Origin: a virus
Taxonomy: Duplodnaviria > Heunggongvirae > Uroviricota > Caudoviricetes
Length of the DNA: 64,000 nucleotides
Reading direction: 5' to 3' (one strand)
IMG/VR virus record: IMGVR_UViG_3300028025_001180
In this document: one piece after another, positions 8,192-18,500 of the stretch
Numbering within the stretch: the stretch's first letter is position 1
How the letters are laid out: each line of letters begins with the position of its first letter
The notes under the pieces: model-generated
The model's database searches: none
What the model saw: only the letters and a program-made list of their open reading frames with translations
Told to the model about the DNA's origin: nothing
Translations under genes and position numbers: made by a program

Positions 8192-11100
8192 TTATATAAA
8201 TGTAAATTCTCTCCATGATGTACTTGTTTTAACCCATAATCCTTCAACTCCATCAGTTTGATATACTATTAATCCTGTTGCTGGTGACGATATTGCCAAT
8301 CTTTGAGCAGCTGTCATCACAGGAGGTAAGAAACCTTGAGTGGTAGAAGAAACTTGTAAAGCAGCAGTTGCAACTGAAGTGGTTGTTCCTATGTTAGTTG
8401 TACCTGCAACACAAAGACCATTAGTAGGAGCTACAGTTGATGTTGAATAACCTATTGCAACGTTTCCATTTACTTGTAAACGACTGCCTATTAAGTTGTA
8501 AGCTAATGCAATACCAACATTACCTGATGAAGATATTACTAATTTATCTGCATTTGTGCTTGTAAAAAATGATAAATAGTCATTTGTATTATCATAAATT
8601 ATTCTACCTTTAAAATCTGTTCCACTAACTGAAAAATCTATTACACTACCACCTGTTGCACTACCATTCATTTGTAAATATGCATAGTTTGCATCACTAT
8701 GCATATGTAATCCCAATCCTATTGTTGAACTTGAACCTCCTGTTACATATAGCTGAGAAGGGAAACTTGTACTACCAATAGAAGTGTATCCATTTATATA
8801 ACTATTAGAACCCAAAGTTATCAATGCCCCTGTATCTGTAATATTACTATTACCTATTGTAGTTGCACTTGTAAACTTAGCCACTGTGTTTGTAGTACCA
8901 GAAACTGCCACTGATGTTCCAGACGATCCACTAGTTCCAGATGTTCCAGATGAACCAGAGGTTCCGCTTGTTCCTGATGTACCACTAGTACCTTTAGTAC
9001 CACTGGTTCCACTCGAACCAGATGTAGCAGAAGTTCCACTAGATCCACTTGTAGCAGACGTACCTGATGATCCATTAGTACCAGATGTACCACTAGAGCC
9101 AGAAGTTCCACTAGTTCCTGTTGTACCACTTGACCCTGATGTAGCAGACGTGCCAGAACTTCCAGATGTTCCACTTGTACCAGACGACCCACTAGTACCA
9201 CTAGTTGCAGAAGAACCTGAAGATCCACTGGTTCCTGAACTTGCTGAGGTGCCAGAGCTGCCATTTGTTCCTGCAATCCCTGAGCTACCTGAAGTTCCAG
9301 CTGTACCATTACCTCCAGAAGCACCATCAAGATTTACTGTCCATGATGTAAATGTACCAGATCCCACTGTTCTAGTTGGGGCTCCAAATTGAAGAGCTCC
9401 TGTAGATGGGTTGTATGATACCACCTCACACTCTTGAAAGTTTGTAATGCTATTAACTATTATTATAGATTGAGCCACTGAATATGCCAACCCTGTTCCT
9501 ACAGTGATTGTCCCAGCATTGCCTAAAGTGAAGGATGTAGTAGATGTTGTTTGATATCTATCTCCAGATAATCCTGCAGTTCCAGATGTTCCAGACGTAC
9601 CAGTAGAACCACTTGTACCAGATGTTGCTGAAGTTCCAGACGTACCCTTAGTACCACTTGTACCACTTGATCCAGAGCTTGCTGATGTACCAGACGAACC
9701 ACTAGTCCCTGAAGTACCTGAACTACCAGACGAACCACTAGTTGCAGATGTGCCTGAGCTACCACTAGTACCAGATGTTCCAGATGAGCCACTACTACCA
9801 GAAGAAGCTGAAGTACCTGATGAGCCTGATGTAGCACTAGTGCCAGATGAACCTGAGGTTCCACTTGTTCCGCTAGTTCCCTTTGTACCACTAGTTCCAC
9901 TTGAACCACTCGTACCTGCTGTGGCATTTATACCTGAAGTACCAGCAGTAGCATTTAAACCAGATGTTCCAGAGGTACCTTGTAAACCAGAAGTACCTGA
10001 AGTAGCTGAAGTTCCAGATGTACCAGAAGAGCCAGAAGTACCAGAAGTTCCAGACGTACCTCCTCCTACAATAAGAGAAGCCTCAAAATAACTTCCTGTA
10101 CCTGAAGTATTAATATTTTGTGAAGTTGTATTTCCTGTAAAAGCAGTAACTTCTAAATAATCTGTACTTCCATTTAAGTAAATAATTTCATTTATTTGTT
10201 GAGCATACCCAGCACCACTTAATATTTGAGTTTGATTTATGCCAATTTGAGTAGAACCATTTTTTCTAAATTGTATATTAGTTTGATTGTTTGTAACAGC
10301 ACCAGCATCCCACCAAATTTGAGCATTAACATTGTAATATCCAGCAATAGTTGGCTGAAATTTATTTGGTGTGAACCAACTATTAGGATCAACATCATCA
10401 ACAAATGCTACAACTTGGTCAGATCCATTTGTTATAGTTTGTGGTGCATTTTTTATAGCTCTAAAAAGATAATTAGATGCTACTAATCCTGTAGGAGAAA
10501 TACCACTAGACCCACTAGTTCCAGCTGTACCACTGCTTCCAGAAGTACCAGACGTACCAGTAGATCCTGATGTACCTGATGTTGCTGATGTACCACTAGA
10601 TCCAGATGTGCCACTAGATCCAGATGTACCACTGGTTCCACTTGTAGCAGAAGACCCTGAAGTTCCACTAGTGCCTGATGTACCCTTAGTTCCAGATGTT
10701 CCACTTGAACCTGAAGTTGCAGATGTTCCGCTACTACCACTTGATCCACTAGTACCACTTGTTCCAGAAGAACCACTAGTTGCACTCGTACCACTTGATC
10801 CAGATGTTCCACTAGATCCAGAAGTACCACTAGTTGCTGAAGTTCCAGAAGAACCATTTGTTCCACTAGTACCAGATGAACCATTAGTTCCACTTGTGCC
10901 ACTAGTTCCTTTTGTTCCACTAGTTCCACTAGACCCAGCAGTGCCACTTGAACCAGAGGTTCCAGTAGAACCACTTGTTCCACTTGTTCCACTTGATCCA
11001 TTGGTACCACTTGTTCCACTAGAACCTGATGTGCCAGATGAACCAGAGCTTCCACTTGATGCAGAAGTTCCTGAAGATCCTGATGTGCCAGAAGTTGCAG

Positions 11101-14100
11101 ATGAACCACTTGATCCAGATGTACCTGCTGTGCCACTTGAACCACTTGTTGCACTGGTTCCACTTGATCCACTTGTACCACTAGACCCATTGGTTCCAGA
11201 AGAACCAGATGTACCACTAGTTCCAGAACTACCACTTGTTGCAGATGTTCCAGACGTACCAGATGTACCCTTTGTTCCACTAGTTCCACTTGATCCAGAT
11301 GAACCACTTGAAGCTGATGTACCAGAAGATCCAGATGTTCCAGATGTTCCAGAAGTTCCATTCGCTCCAGATGTACCAGAGGTACCAGAAGGAGGAGTAA
11401 ATGTAGTTTGTGCGTATGAATAATTACTTACACCCTCTGTGTAGAAAGTTATTGTATTAGCAGAGCCACCATTATGTTGTGCATAGATTTGACAATATAG
11501 TCTGTCTGTTGCGTTCAATGCAGTTTGACCTAAGAAAAGATCAGTGAAAAACTCTTTGATGACACCAGTGGTCATACCCTCTGTGTCTAAGTTTGTAGTA
11601 CCTAGAAGAGTAGATGCTCCTCCTGTTGTATATTTATATAGCTCTATATCAACTGCTACATTTACATTTGCGTTGATAGAAAAGTGAGTGACCCAAGCCC
11701 AGTTTCCTGAAGGTAGATTTGTAGCATTTGGTATACCTGAATCTGTAGCATAAGTTGCTATTAGTGTACGAACATTTTGTGTAACACTTAGTACCACAGT
11801 TTGTTCAGCAGTACCTGTACCAATAGGTGACCACTCTTTATATGTAGGTGTGCCAAAAGCACTATTTGTATTTACAGATTGATTTAAGTAGTATATAAGA
11901 CCTCCAGCCACACCACTTACACCAGAACTTCCTGCTGTACCAGATGTACCTGAACTGCCTGATGTTCCACTGCTTGCAGACGTACCAGATGTACCTGCTG
12001 TTCCACTTGATCCATTAGTACCACTAGTTCCAGTAGTTCCAGATGTTGCAGAAGTTCCGCTCGATCCATTGGTTCCACTAGTTCCACTAGTTCCAGATGT
12101 ACCTTTTGTACCACTAGTTCCAGAGCTTCCACTAGACGCAGAAGTACCAGAAGAACCAGAAGTAGCACTTGTACCAGAACTTCCATTAGTACCTGCTGTT
12201 CCACTCGAACCAGATGTTCCACTTGTTCCACTAGAACCACTTGAACCAGAAGTTCCTGAACTACCAGATGTTCCAGAGGTTCCACTAGATCCTGACGAGC
12301 CACTTGACGCAGATGTACCTGAAGTAGCAGAACTACCAGAAGTCCCTGAGGACCCATTAGTTCCACTTGAGCCATTGGTTCCAGATGAACCTGAAGAGCC
12401 TGAAGAACCACTGGTTGCAGATGTACCAGATGTTGCACTTGTACCAGAAGAACCAGAAGATCCACTTGTGCCTGAAGAAGCAGAAGTACCAGAAGACCCA
12501 CTAGTTGCAGAGGTTCCACTAGAACCTGCTGTTGCACTTGTACCTGATGAACCAGATGTTGCAGATGTGCCAGATGAGCCACTTGTTCCTGAGCTACCAG
12601 AAGTTCCACTTGTAGCAGATGTACCTGCAGTGGCAGATGTACCAGAACTACCAGCAGTGCCAGACGAACCACTCGTACCACTAGAACCATTGGTACCAGA
12701 TGTACCATTTGATCCAGCTGTACCACTAGTTGCACTAGTTCCATTACTTCCATTTGTGCCACTTGTTCCAGAAGAACCACTGGTGCCACTTGACCCAGAA
12801 GTACCTGCTGTAGCACTAGTTCCTGCTGTACCACTAGATCCAGATGTAGCAGATGTACCAGACGTAGCAGATGAACCAGAAGTTCCTGCTGTTCCAGAAC
12901 TACCATTAGTGCCACTAGTTCCACTAGTGCTACTAGTTCCAGAAGTAGCAGAGGTTCCATTAGACCCACTAGTACCAGAAGTACCAGACGACCCACTTGT
13001 TGCAGAAGTACCACTAGACCCATTTGTTCCAGATGTGCCTGACGATCCACTTGTCGCACTGGTTCCACTAGAACCAGAGGTACCAGATGTTCCTGTTGTG
13101 CCAGAACTACCACTAGTAGCACTTGTTCCACTTGAGCCAGATGTACCAGAAGTACCAGAAGACCCTGAGCTTCCACTTGTACCAGAGCTACCTGATGTAC
13201 CACTAGAACCATTGGTGCCAGCTGTACCAGCACTTCCTGACGTACCTGAGCTACCATCTCCACCTGATGCACCATCTAGATTGACAGTCCAAGTGGAATA
13301 TGTGCCAGAGCCTACAGTTCTGCTAGGAGCACCAAACTGAAGGGCTCCTGTATTAGTATTATAAGAAATTACCTCACATTCTTGGAAATTTACACTATCA
13401 TACACTATGATAATAGACTGTGCCAATGTATAGGCTAGTCCTGTACCAACTGTGATTGTTCCAGCGTTTCCTAATGTAAAAGATGTATTTGATGTTGTTG
13501 CGTATCTATCACCACTTAAACCAGCAGTTCCAGAAGATCCAGAAGAACCAGATGTTCCTGAAGAAGCTGACGTACCTGAAGAAGCAGATGTACCACTGGT
13601 AGCACTAGTCCCACTAGAACCAGATGATGCAGATGTTCCACTCGATCCACTAGTAGCTGAAGTTCCACTAGAACCAGACGTTCCAGAAGTTGCAGATGTA
13701 CCACTGCTGCCACTTGTTCCAGCAGTACCACTACTACCACTTGTACCAGAAGTTGCACTCGTTCCAGAACTTCCAGAAGTAGCTGAAGTTCCACTTGATC
13801 CACTAGTTGCACTTGTGCCACTAGAACCACTTGTTCCAGCAGTTCCACTAGAACCAGAAGTTCCACTTGAAGCTGATGTTCCACTAGTAGCTGATGTGCC
13901 ACTTGAACCACTAGTTGCTGATGTACCACTAGATCCGCTAGTACCACTTGATGCTGATGTACCAGATGTACCTGTTGTACCAGACGTACCTGTAGTTCCA
14001 CTAGACCCACTTGTTCCTGAAGAAGCACTAGTGCCACTAGTTCCACTAGAACCATCTGTTCCAGACGTACCTGATGTTCCTGTTGTTCCAGATGAGCCTG

Positions 14101-15403
14101 ACGTTCCTGCAGTACCAGACGTACCATTTCCACCACTAGCTCCATCTAAGTTAACTGTCCATGAGCTATATGTGCCTCCACCAACAGTTCTTGTTGGTGC
14201 AGCAAACACTAACACACCTGTATTAGTATCATAACTTATAATTTCACATTCTTGGAAATTATTTAAGTCATATACTACAATGATAGATTGTGCTACACTA
14301 TATGCTAATCCTGGAGCCACTGTTAGTGTCCCAGCATTACCTAATGTAAATGTATCTGTAGATGTTGTTCTATATCTATCTCCAGAGATACCTGCAGTAC
14401 CTGAGGAGCCTGATGTTCCTGCTGTTCCATAATAGCTACCTAAACTACCATCACCTCTTATATATTGAGCAGTTGTACCATTTGCTGTGACGTTGATATT
14501 TCCACTTGATGTAACTGGTGCTCCCACTGTAAAAGCAGAAGGCATAGTTAGCCCAACACTAGTTACAGTGCCTACTGACCAACCTCTGTTAGCAGATAAA
14601 TTATATGTAACACCATTAATTGTAAGTGTTCTAGTGCTAGGAACAGGTACATATCCTAACACAGATTCAATATCAAGATTTGTAATAGGAGCAGCTGATG
14701 TAACTAATCCTTTTCCATTTACACCAAACTTTAAGAAAGTATTACTTCCATAAATATTACTATTAACTGGTGCCAAAGTAAGAGTTACAGGAGATCCTGT
14801 CGTACCAATTCCAGTTACATCTCCTACAAAAGATAAAGATGCAGAAGGAACAGCTATAGTTACAGGAGTTACATTTGTAACACGTCCTTTACTATCTACA
14901 GTTACTCTAGGAACTTGTGTAGAAGAACCATATGTACCAGGAGCAGTATTAACTGTTGCTAATGTTAGCACAGCAGATCCAGGACCTGTTGCTGTACCAT
15001 CTCCTGTTAAAGCAGAAATATAATTTCCAGCAGGTTGGTATGGTGTATTATCTAAGCTACCATCTCCCTTAACAAAGTCTGAAGAGGTTCCACCAATTGT
15101 AATATGTTTACCAGCATATAAATCTCCTGTATATGTTAAATCAAAACCTGCAGCTGTAATAATTGTGTCACGTACCATAGTGCCACCAAGTCCCACAGGC
15201 AAGCCTGGTCCAGATTGAAAAACACCATTATTAAATAGATATCCTATTGCAGCTTCCTGAAACTTAGCATCTATTTTTTGTAGAGCAGTTTGTAAACTAT
15301 CATTAGTATTGATGCCAGTGTATACTAAATTAGCACCTTCGTAAAATACGCAAGTAGAATTCAGTATGACTGGACATGGTTCAGTGGAGCAAATTGGATC
15401 CAT
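8192..15403 (-). CDS. Giant tail fibre, 2403 aa. Long imperfect collagen-like (G/A-T/S-S)n tracts alternate with three copies of a ~90-aa globular repeat. Its N-terminal Cys module is shared with two other fibre genes.
   Basis: The N-terminus reads MDPICSTEPCPV...CVFYEGANLVYTGINTNDSLQTALQKIDAKF. There are hundreds of GTSGSSGTSATSG triplets. The triplicated module reads LSGDRY-TTS-TSFTLGNAGTITVGTGLAY-AQSIIIV...NFQECEV-SYN--TGALQFGAP-RTVGSGT--WTVNLDGASGG. The C-terminus reads GFLPPVMTAAQRLAISSPATGLIVYQTDGVEGLWVKTSTSW. Confidence 0.85.
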   Translation of the reverse strand: MDPICSTEPCPVILNSTCVFYEGANLVYTGINTNDSLQTALQKIDAKFQEAAIGYLFNNGVFQSGPGLPVGLGGTMVRDTIITAAGFDLTYTGDLYAGKHITIGGTSSDFVKGDGSLDNTPYQPAGNYISALTGDGTATGPGSAVLTLATVNTAPGTYGSSTQVPRVTVDSKGRVTNVTPVTIAVPSASLSFVGDVTGIGTTGSPVTLTLAPVNSNIYGSNTFLKFGVNGKGLVTSAAPITNLDIESVLGYVPVPSTRTLTINGVTYNLSANRGWSVGTVTSVGLTMPSAFTVGAPVTSSGNINVTANGTTAQYIRGDGSLGSYYGTAGTSGSSGTAGISGDRYRTTSTDTFTLGNAGTLTVAPGLAYSVAQSIIVVYDLNNFQECEIISYDTNTGVLVFAAPTRTVGGGTYSSWTVNLDGASGGNGTSGTAGTSGSSGTTGTSGTSGTDGSSGTSGTSASSGTSGSSGTTGTSGTTGTSGTSASSGTSGSSGTSATSGSSGTSATSGTSASSGTSGSSGTAGTSGSSGTSATSGSSGTSATSGSSGTSATSGTSGSSGTAGTSGSSGTSATSGTSGSSGTSATSGSSGTSASSGSSGTSATSGTSASSGTSASSGTSGSSGSSGTAGLSGDRYATTSNTSFTLGNAGTITVGTGLAYTLAQSIIIVYDSVNFQECEVISYNTNTGALQFGAPSRTVGSGTYSTWTVNLDGASGGDGSSGTSGSAGTAGTNGSSGTSGSSGTSGSSGSSGTSGTSGSSGTSATSGSSGTTGTSGTSGSSGTSATSGSSGTSGTNGSSGTSATSGSSGTSGTSGSNGTSATSGTSSTSGTSGTNGSSGTAGTSGSSATSGTSATSGSSGTAGTSATAGTSGSSGTSGSSGTSGTNGSNGTSATSGTAGSNGTSGTNGSSGTSGSSGTAGSSGTSATAGTSATSGTSGSSGTSGSSGTSATSGSSGTSATAGSSGTSATSGSSGTSASSGTSGSSGSSGTSATSGTSATSGSSGSSGSSGTNGSSGTNGSSGTSGSSATSGTSASSGSSGSSGTSGTSGSSGTSGSSGSSGTSGTSGSSGTAGTNGSSGTSATSGSSGTSASSGSSGTSGTKGTSGTSGTSGTNGSSGTSATSGTTGTSGTNGSSGTAGTSGTSASSGTSGSSGTSGTAGSSGVSGVAGGLIYYLNQSVNTNSAFGTPTYKEWSPIGTGTAEQTVVLSVTQNVRTLIATYATDSGIPNATNLPSGNWAWVTHFSINANVNVAVDIELYKYTTGGASTLLGTTNLDTEGMTTGVIKEFFTDLFLGQTALNATDRLYCQIYAQHNGGSANTITFYTEGVSNYSYAQTTFTPPSGTSGTSGANGTSGTSGTSGSSGTSASSGSSGSSGTSGTKGTSGTSGTSATSGSSGTSGTSGSSGTNGSSGTSGSSGTSATSGSSGTAGTSGSSGSSATSGTSGSSGTSASSGSSGSSGTSGSSGTSGTNGSSGTSGTSGSTGTSGSSGTAGSSGTSGTKGTSGTSGTNGSSGTSGTNGSSGTSATSGTSGSSGTSGSSGTSATSGSSGTSGTSGSSGSSGTSATSGSSGTSGTKGTSGTSGTSGSSATSGTSGTSGSSGTSGSSGTSATSGTSGSTGTSGTSGSSGTAGTSGSSGISPTGLVASNYLFRAIKNAPQTITNGSDQVVAFVDDVDPNSWFTPNKFQPTIAGYYNVNAQIWWDAGAVTNNQTNIQFRKNGSTQIGINQTQILSGAGYAQQINEIIYLNGSTDYLEVTAFTGNTTSQNINTSGTGSYFEASLIVGGGTSGTSGTSGSSGTSGTSATSGTSGLQGTSGTSGLNATAGTSGINATAGTSGSSGTSGTKGTSGTSGTSGSSGTSATSGSSGTSASSGSSGSSGTSGTSGSSGTSATSGSSGSSGTSGTSGSSGTSASSGSSGTSGTKGTSGTSATSGTSGSTGTSGTSGTAGLSGDRYQTTSTTSFTLGNAGTITVGTGLAYSVAQSIIIVNSITNFQECEVVSYNPSTGALQFGAPTRTVGSGTFTSWTVNLDGASGGNGTAGTSGSSGIAGTNGSSGTSASSGTSGSSGSSATSGTSGSSGTSGTSGSSGTSATSGSSGTTGTSGTSGSSGTSGTNGSSGTSATSGSSGTSATSGSSGTSGTKGTSGTSGTSGTSGSSGTSGTSGSSGTSVAVSGTTNTVAKFTSATTIGNSNITDTGALITLGSNSYINGYTSIGSTSFPSQLYVTGGSSSTIGLGLHMHSDANYAYLQMNGSATGGSVIDFSVSGTDFKGRIIYDNTNDYLSFFTSTNADKLVISSSGNVGIALAYNLIGSRLQVNGNVAIGYSTSTVAPTNGLCVAGTTNIGTTTSVATAALQVSSTTQGFLPPVMTAAQRLAISSPATGLIVYQTDGVEGLWVKTSTSWREFTFI
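9313..9590 (-). repeat. Copy 3 of the intragenic ~270-bp direct repeat.
   Basis: The reverse complement translates to GLSGDRYQTTSTTSFTLGNAGTITVGTGLAYSVAQSIIIVNSITNFQECEVVSYNPSTGALQFGAPTRTVGSGTFTSWTVNLDGASGG. Confidence 0.7.
13262..13530 (-). repeat. Copy 2 of the intragenic ~270-bp direct repeat.
   Basis: Same module sequence: LSGDRYRTTSTDTFTLGNAGTLTV...NFQECEIISYDTNTGVLVFAAPTRTVGGGTYSSWTVNLDGASGG. Confidence 0.7.
14129..14400 (-). repeat. Copy 1 of a ~270-bp direct repeat that encodes the conserved globular module inside the 2403-aa fibre.
   Basis: About 70% protein-level identity to the copies at 13262..13530 and 9313..9590. The nucleotide similarity is visible by eye. Confidence 0.7.
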
Positions 15404-15555
15404 ATATTAATAATAATAATGTATAAGTAATTGATATACAAATAGGTGTATACTATGGGAAAGTGTACACCTATATACGCAAAAATAGCGAATTTAATTT
15501 AGTTTCAATGAGTTAGGAAAATTATTCCTACATAATATAGCAATAACTATGCTAT

Positions 15556-18500
15556 TTATTTACCAAATGGTTTAGCCTCAGATTGTGCTTTCATACCAAG
15601 ATCTTTAGCTATATCTGGATAGAACATTAACAGAACAGCATCTACTTGTGAAGCTATAGGGAATCCTTTTAATAAGTATTTAACCACTTGAGTTTTCTCT
15701 GCCTTCTCTTCATCTCCTACACCAAGAGCATACATCTCTGTACCAAAGTTTACAAATAGCTTCTTAAAGTTTTCTAAGTAACTTATTGCTGGGAAGATAC
15801 CTGAGGTGGTTAGGCCTAAGAAGGATGTTGGATTGTAGAAATAAGCAACCTCATCTCTAATCTTATCCATCACTCTAAGCATATACTTATATCTGTTCTT
15901 TGTAGCTCTATCATCATCATCTCCTGGTTCCACTGCTTTGGCACCTATGATTAATGTGGACAATGCAAGATAGAACATGAAGTCTGTCATTTGGTTACGT
16001 ATGTTATTACTTACCAATTCTACAAACTCCCCTTCTGTCATTCTTAGTTCTTTACCTGTATCTTTCTCATAGTCAGATCTTTTTGATTCATAAAGTCTTT
16101 TTATTTGATCGACAAACTTTTGGTCATCTCCTTTTATAGAACTGATTAAGCTATCAACAGAACCCATAAAGTCTTGTGTTAGAAGTCTGAACATGTTTCT
16201 AGTTCTACCCCACTCATAAGCTTCTGTAGCTGAGTTGTATTTTAAGTTACCAAACCTTACGTCTACAAGTCTTGGTATCCAGTTCTTGAACACCATGAAT
16301 GACTTACCATATATATTTAAGTTAATCTTTCTAAGGTCATCCTCAGATAGGTTACCTAACGCATCTTTAGTAATAGCCTGTACCTTTCTTCTAAGCTCAA
16401 TCACACTATCAGACTTTCTGTCTAAGCCTTCCACTACAAGTTCATTACCTTCTACCTTAGCTAGTTTCAAAAAGCCTTTCTCATCAATTAGTCTCTTTAC
16501 CTCTGACTCAAACTTCTCTTTTAATTGACTTCTTTCTTCAGCTGTGCCTGTAAACATATTAGCAAACTCTGGTTGTTTCTTAAGATATTCTCTTACGTTA
16601 AATACCTTACCATCTTCTACAATAGAGTTTTCTAAGTAGCTAAAGAAGTTAATAGACTGCACATATTGATCTCCAGTTCTCATCAAGATCATTAAGAAGT
16701 CTTGTATTCCTTCTTGGCTAAACTTACTAACAGACAACTCTTTAGCAAGGATGTTGTTATAGTTTTCTGTCAAAGGTTGGAAGTATTGTAATGCTCCTAT
16801 GTATTTCTTAGAATCTACACCATTCATTTTACCTGCTAGCATAAACTCATTACGTACAAAGTCTGCCTTTGTAAAGAATTTACCAGCATTGATATAACTC
16901 TGGAAGCTACCACCTAAGAAGTTTGATAGGGCTGATATAGGATTCAATCCTAGCGTCTTCATTTGGAAGACATTATTTAACTGTGTGATTGTCTTGTTTA
17001 AAGATATCTGAGCATCATCATAGTCTTCTGTAAATACCTTTCTACCTAATACTTTGTTTGCTCTCTTACCAAAGTTTGCTATACCTCCTAATAACTGATC
17101 AAAGTTTTCACTTTCTACATACTTCTGACCATACACAATAGCTGCCATCATATCTCTTATAAGCTTAGTGTTGTCAGAGTTGTCTGATGTAGTCTCAACT
17201 GTACCATCAGGTCTGTACTTAGTTTTACCAAAGTAGGAGGTTTTGATGGCTTCTTTGTTTGACTCAACCTTAATAATCACATTTAACTGGTGCTCAATGT
17301 TACTTAAATACTCATAACGAATGGCCATGTTATTTAACAGAGTCATATTTCTGAACAAGTCTTCACTTGCTTCTTCTACAGTTTCTCTAGTAAAGTATTT
17401 AGGAATAGAATACACTGGCTCTTTAGTAATAGGATCTATCTCACCATAACCTACGTCTCCTTCTGTGATAGTTATGTTTCTTAACAAAGACTCACCAAGC
17501 TTATACTCACCCCCCATTACAATCTTTTCTGTAAGACTCTTTCTTACAAATGGTAAAAACACTCTAGCATCTCTACTATTAATATATTTGATTCCTACTA
17601 GATATTCATTTCTATCTTTAATATAATCAAAGAACTCTTTAGCAGGTTTGTTCTCTGGTTTGTTAAGTTCTTTCCATGCTTCAGACTCCCATCTCTCCGC
17701 CTTGGGAAACTTACTAACAAACTCATACAATAACCAACCAGGAGAATCAGTTGTTGATGTATTGTATAAAGCATTAACATCAGCAACCTCTCTCTTCTTC
17801 TCTTTGTTTATACTTTCTTCATCACCAAATCTAGGTTTATCTTCTATTCTCTTAAATTCTTTTTCCTTTTGTTCTTTTAAGAATTCATTATACTTTGATA
17901 CATCAATGTTATCTCTAACCCATTGTGTATCTTTCTCAGCAATCTTACTCTTCAAAGTTTCGTAGAACTCAGAACTAAACTCATTTATTAATTCATTCTT
18001 GTTCTTCTTCTTGATGATATCAAAGTAGTTTTTGTTTGTAAGTCCTTTAGACTTAGCCCACTTATCATACTTCTCTTTAATAGCTAAAAGTTTGTTTCCT
18101 TGTTCTGACGTTTCAATAGACGCAAGACCAAAGGCTCTGTTAGCCATCTTATATAAAATCTCAGCAGACTTAAGCTGTATTACAGATGTAGAGTTAAATA
18201 ACTTACTAAATCCTTTAATAACCTTCTCAGGTTTTAATAAGTCCATAACGTTTACATCTTTTGCAATAACATTCTCAGCAAAGTCTTTTCTTACTTCTTC
18301 AAGATCTGCTTCTAACTCATTTGCACTTTCTGCAGTGTCTCTAATGTCTTGCCACAATGCTTGATCTTTCTCAGACAAGTCTTTCTTGAACAAAGACTTT
18401 AAGTCTGTTGCCAAAGATGTATAAACCATCAGAGAGGTTTCATAAGATAGGATTCTATCAGATAGGTCATTCTTTTGTTTATCTGTAAATGCTCCTGGAT

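Noticed and set aside
8854-14234. Ten long ORFs of 113-452 aa on both strands inside the 2403-aa fibre gene. Examples are 8886..9392 +, 9750..10091 +, 10608..11423 +, 12069..13340 +, 13452..14234 +, and the minus-strand alternative frames 8854..9330, 9523..9927, 10483..11361, 11917..13275, 13516..14145.
   Set aside because: They translate to low-complexity VPLVPDVPDEP or LVLQVEHLV strings. These are just the other reading frames of the (GGT-ACN-AGY)n triplet repeat, which lacks stop codons in several frames. The true gene is the minus-strand frame with the Cys anchor N-terminus and a conserved C-terminal tip.
8192-15403. A diversity-generating retroelement targeting the fibre genes.
   Set aside because: No reverse transcriptase gene and no template repeat / variable repeat pair with adenine-specific mismatches is present in the window. 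The intragenic repeats differ at all base types.
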